The translations under genes were made by a program, and so were the position numbers. A stretch of 64,000 nucleotides of DNA. Origin: Phaeosaccion multiseriatum (taxonomy: Eukaryota; Protista; Ochrophyta, other classes). The stretch covers positions 2,294,001-2,358,000 of the forward strand of contig OZ218964.1 of the NCBI GenBank assembly GCA_965112735.1, in the 5' to 3' direction. Positions 60,682 through 64,000 of this stretch are shown in pieces. Position 1 is the first letter of the stretch; every line of letters begins with the position of its first letter. Under the pieces are notes generated by a model that worked only from the letters and a program-made list of their open reading frames with translations, ran no database searches and was not told the origin of the DNA.

Positions 60682-61665
60682 GGAAGAGGCAGGCACGGCA
60701 GGTAGACGAGGAACCCATCCTCACTCACTCACTCACTCACTCACTCACTCACTTACTCACTCACTCACTCACTCACTCACTCACTCACTCACCGACTCAC
60801 TCATGCACCACGTATTCTATAAGCGAAGTCCAGAGAGCAAATGCAATACACATGCTTCTCCAAGGTCGAGAGGCAAGCAGCAAGATTCACAGATGATACA
60901 ATTGCGGCACTCCGTATCCACTGCCTCCCCGCTACTCTCTTCCGTCCGCTGGGAAACATGGCTCACCCGTACGCTTCTATCTGATCCCCACTTGATATTG
61001 CCGAGGGGGCAGAAATAGAGACCAAGAAGTAGCAGAGCACTGTGGAAGTCACTGAATACCAGCTCATCTTGTTAGTTTACGTAATCTTTCGTAATAGCAA
61101 AGTGTTTCATCAGTCACTGAGTACGCGTAGACTCGATTGGGCGGAGCTTACCTACTGCCTCCACAGGGGCACAACCCCCGCCTAGGACCTGGCGTTCACC
61201 TTCACCACTCTGTGTTTAGCAGGGCAGTACCCTTCTCTAATAATCTATGACTACTTGCTGTGCCCGCATGCCCCACCCAGGAAGGAAGCCCTCGGCCTCT
61301 ATCCATCGGGATTACACTCTCCCCCCTCTAAACGAGCTGACCTTCCCTCTCTCACCCCCCCCCTCAAGCTATACACTTCATCCATTGGTCCCATAAGCTA
61401 CACACGTCACTCCCCTCCCCCCCGGACCCCCTTCCTCCTGCGGTACTCTGACTCCTCTCTGCGACAGAGCATCGCAATCACTTCACCGCTCTTACACCAA
61501 GCCAGTGTGCCGTGGGCTGTCTCTCTCGCATCGCATCCTGATGTACAGGCTCACTCGCATGGGCTGCATGACTGGTGCAAGCGAGCAAGCTGGAGCGGTA
61601 CCCTTTCGTTGCCAAAGTCCTCGTTGCTCCTTCCAGCCCCCACCTCGCACATCCCTCCTACTCGC

Positions 61666-63136
61666 TCAGCTCATCTCCTCCGCCATGCTCTCCCACGTCT
61701 CGCTCCCCACACTCCAGGGCCTCTCCAGCGGCAGGATTCCGCTCTCCTTGCCGAAGGTCGGATCCGTCCTTCGCATGAGGTCCAGCGCGGTTTGGGACCG
61801 GAAGAAGGCTGCTGCCGCCTCCATAAGTCGCTGCTCAATGTCCCGGCCGAGCTGATTCCGCCGTGCCCCAGCCAATGCCTTGTCCACCGAAGCACCGGCC
61901 GAGAGGAGCTGCCGCGCTATCCCGTGCTGGTCATTGTGGATGGCAGCAAGGAGAGGAGTCATAGCGGTTGCTGTGGTCGTATCGATGGGGGATCCCGCAG
62001 AGATGAAACGAGCGACGACGGCCTCGCGCCTATTGTACGCTGCAAGGTAGAGGGCTGAAGCGCCAATGTTGGTTCGTTTGTCCACACGTGCTCCCGCAGA
62101 AAGAAGCTTCTCCACCACGGCGTCGTGTCCCTGTAGAGAGGCACCGAGAAGAGGAGTGGAACCTTCGAGGTCAGCCTTGTCGATGCTGGCGTGGGCCCTG
62201 ATGAGCTGCTGTACGATACCCGCATGCCCATTAATCGATGCCGCCAGAAGCGGAGTAGCCCCGAGATAACTTGCGTGGTTCACATCCGCTTGGGCTGAGA
62301 TGAGGTGCCTTACAACAGATCCATGTCCTTTCTGAGAGGCCACCCAAATCGGAGAGAAGCCCTGCTTCTCCGCCAAGTCGACGTTAGCGCGCGCCGAGAG
62401 CAGCTGCTGCACTGTCGTGGAGTGCCCCGTTCCTGATGCTGCAATCAAGGGAGTAGCGCCTCTGGCATCCGCTTGGTCGACAGGGGCTCCAGCGTCCAAC
62501 AGCCACCTTACCACCTGATCTTGTCCCTCGGCGCTAGCGGCTATCAACGGCGTGCTTCCGTGAGGTCCCTGTCTGGTGCGGAAGGAGGCCCCTTCGCGCA
62601 GCAGAAAGTCCATGACATCCAGCCGACCGTGTTGTGCAGCCCTCAACATTGCGGTGTATCCTTCTTCGTCGACAGGCTGATCCAAACTCGCTTTGCCATG
62701 TTTGGCGATGAGCTTCCCAACCACCGCTCTCACATTGGGGAAGCTCTTCCCTCTACGCAGGGCCTGCCCCAGCTGCTGGGCCTGGAGTTGTTGAGGGCAG
62801 CGAATTCGGGGGGAAGAGACGCACATGCATAGGATAAAAGGGATCAACGGGAAGCTGCTGACTGCTTCGATACGTGCGCATCCCACCTCCGGGAACGTAT
62901 CCGTTACCCCCCCTCCCTTTCCTCTCTCCAGATCTATTTCCTCAAAGCGGGGGAGAGGCCCATACACCGGATAAAAAGGGAACAGAGAGCTGCCCATTGC
63001 GTCGACACGTGAGCTTCCATCGCAGCTTCCGTACCCGCACAAGGCCCCTTTCTATGCTATACTCTTTCCTAAGGGCATCGTCTTATAGGAGGGCGCTAAG
63101 TCGTACCTCGCGCGTTAACGTTGCCTGATGCGCCAT
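61666..63136 (-). CDS. Ankyrin-repeat protein, array copy 4 (8 repeats)
   Basis: Exon 1 63136-63107 (MAHQATLTRE), exon 2 62781-61666; ends ...WESMAEEMS*. Confidence 0.88.
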
Positions 63137-63290
63137 GGTGAGCAAGCGGCCCCTCCCTTGACACAGTAGTGCTGACAAGGGGGCTACAGAAGGCCTTCTC
63201 CGCGCCTGCTGTGCAGTAGTCGGTCGTTCTGCCTTTTATACAATGGGGCCTCCCCATTATTACTAAGTATTATATTTTTTTTTCTCTTGT

Positions 63291-63870
63291 CTAAAAGTAA
63301 CGTCTCCACCGCCCCGGCAATCGCCCCGGGGGACAAAAGTTGATACCATTCTGTGGCGAGTGTTTTGATATTGCTGTTCCATCAAAAGGGACGAGATGGT
63401 ACCTCGTGGGGTCATAGTGGATGTCTCCACCCTGGCCCTCCATGCCTACCTGTGGCACCCCATACTTGGTGCGCTTGGTGGCTTCAGCCTTCTTGGCTGC
63501 CGCGAGTGCTTCCTTCGATGCCTTGGCCCTATTGGTGATGTTGGTGGCATCAGTGAGCGTGATGTCGATCATCAGGGACTTGTGGCCATCCCCATATTCG
63601 TGGTCAGGTGGAAGCTCGAACATCCTGGGGGGAGTCACGATGTCCATCTCCATCTGTTTGGCCACGTGGGCGTCACCCCTCACGCCGTTGCCCCCCCCTT
63701 TCCCTCGTCTCGCGGTGACGGTTCGTTCCCTCATGAAGGGGAAGCCGATGTTCTGCACTATCCCTCTGCCCAGTCAGGCCCTCGCTCTTCATCAACGCGA
63801 CAAGTGCCTTCTGCACAGCATTGGAGGTCTCTGAAGGCATTGGGTTTGGTGATCCGATTCACAGATCCCG
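63291..63870 (-). mobile_element. Degenerate 3' fragment of an RLE-clade (CRE/R2-like) non-LTR retrotransposon: restriction-like endonuclease region
   Basis: PNAFRDL (resembles HNxxRD), then MDIV...SLMIDITLTD...AAAKKAEATKRTKYG...YHLVPF, matching the PD...IDVT...KxxKY...PF layout of RLE domains; broken by a stop/frameshift; no RT domain in the window. Confidence 0.6.
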
Positions 63871-64000
63871 AACCCAGGGGGGGGGGAGTTCCTTGCGTGG
63901 GCGAGGGCAGAGGCTGTGTTGAGTGCGCACAGACGCGACCGCGCAGCTGCTGCCTAGATGGGCGGTGCCTGCCTTTGGCTTCCACACGAGCACAACCCCC

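Larger units (their letters stand above)
47187..64000. repeat. Tandem segmental duplication array of four ankyrin-gene units, probably continuing past the right edge
   Basis: Shared block TTCACAGATG(G)ATACAATTGCGG at ~47187, 55365, 60886; start-codon spacing 2871, 5688, 5508 bp; 63136-64000 repeats 49069-49675. Confidence 0.95.

Noticed and set aside
47586-63136. Diversity-generating retroelement (DGR) as the source of ankyrin variation
   Set aside because: Changes are not adenine-specific (e.g. GGC/TTC/GCC, TGC/CAG), and there is no template repeat or reverse transcriptase in the window.

Overview
Eukaryotic nuclear DNA: intron-rich, GC-rich, with microsatellite-filled introns. Several genes carry bipartite (signal peptide + Phe-initiated transit peptide) presequences, which suggests an alga with a secondary red plastid, probably an ochrophyte (inference). 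Most ORFs in the six-frame track are microsatellite artefacts, so genes were rebuilt by hand from splice sites and codon phase. 1-46 kb is a housekeeping block: a Cet1/TTM RNA triphosphatase fused to an mRNA guanylyltransferase (runs off the left edge), N-acetylglutamate kinase, a hypothetical protein, KRR1, mitochondrial ferredoxin, an intronless YnjF-like CDP-alcohol phosphotransferase, two tandem atypical cytochrome c6-like genes, an ankyrin-RING E3 ligase, an ABCD transporter, and an organellar DNA polymerase (POP) with two SAP domains inserted on symmetric exons. From ~47.2 kb to the right edge lies a tandem array of four ankyrin-repeat genes. Their scaffolds and caps are near-identical, but the target-binding (DARPin-type) positions are hypervariable in a mosaic pattern. 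The array is interleaved with a degenerate co-duplicated gene and non-LTR retrotransposon fragments. This array is the best candidate for an undescribed system: a diversifying repertoire of intracellular recognition proteins.
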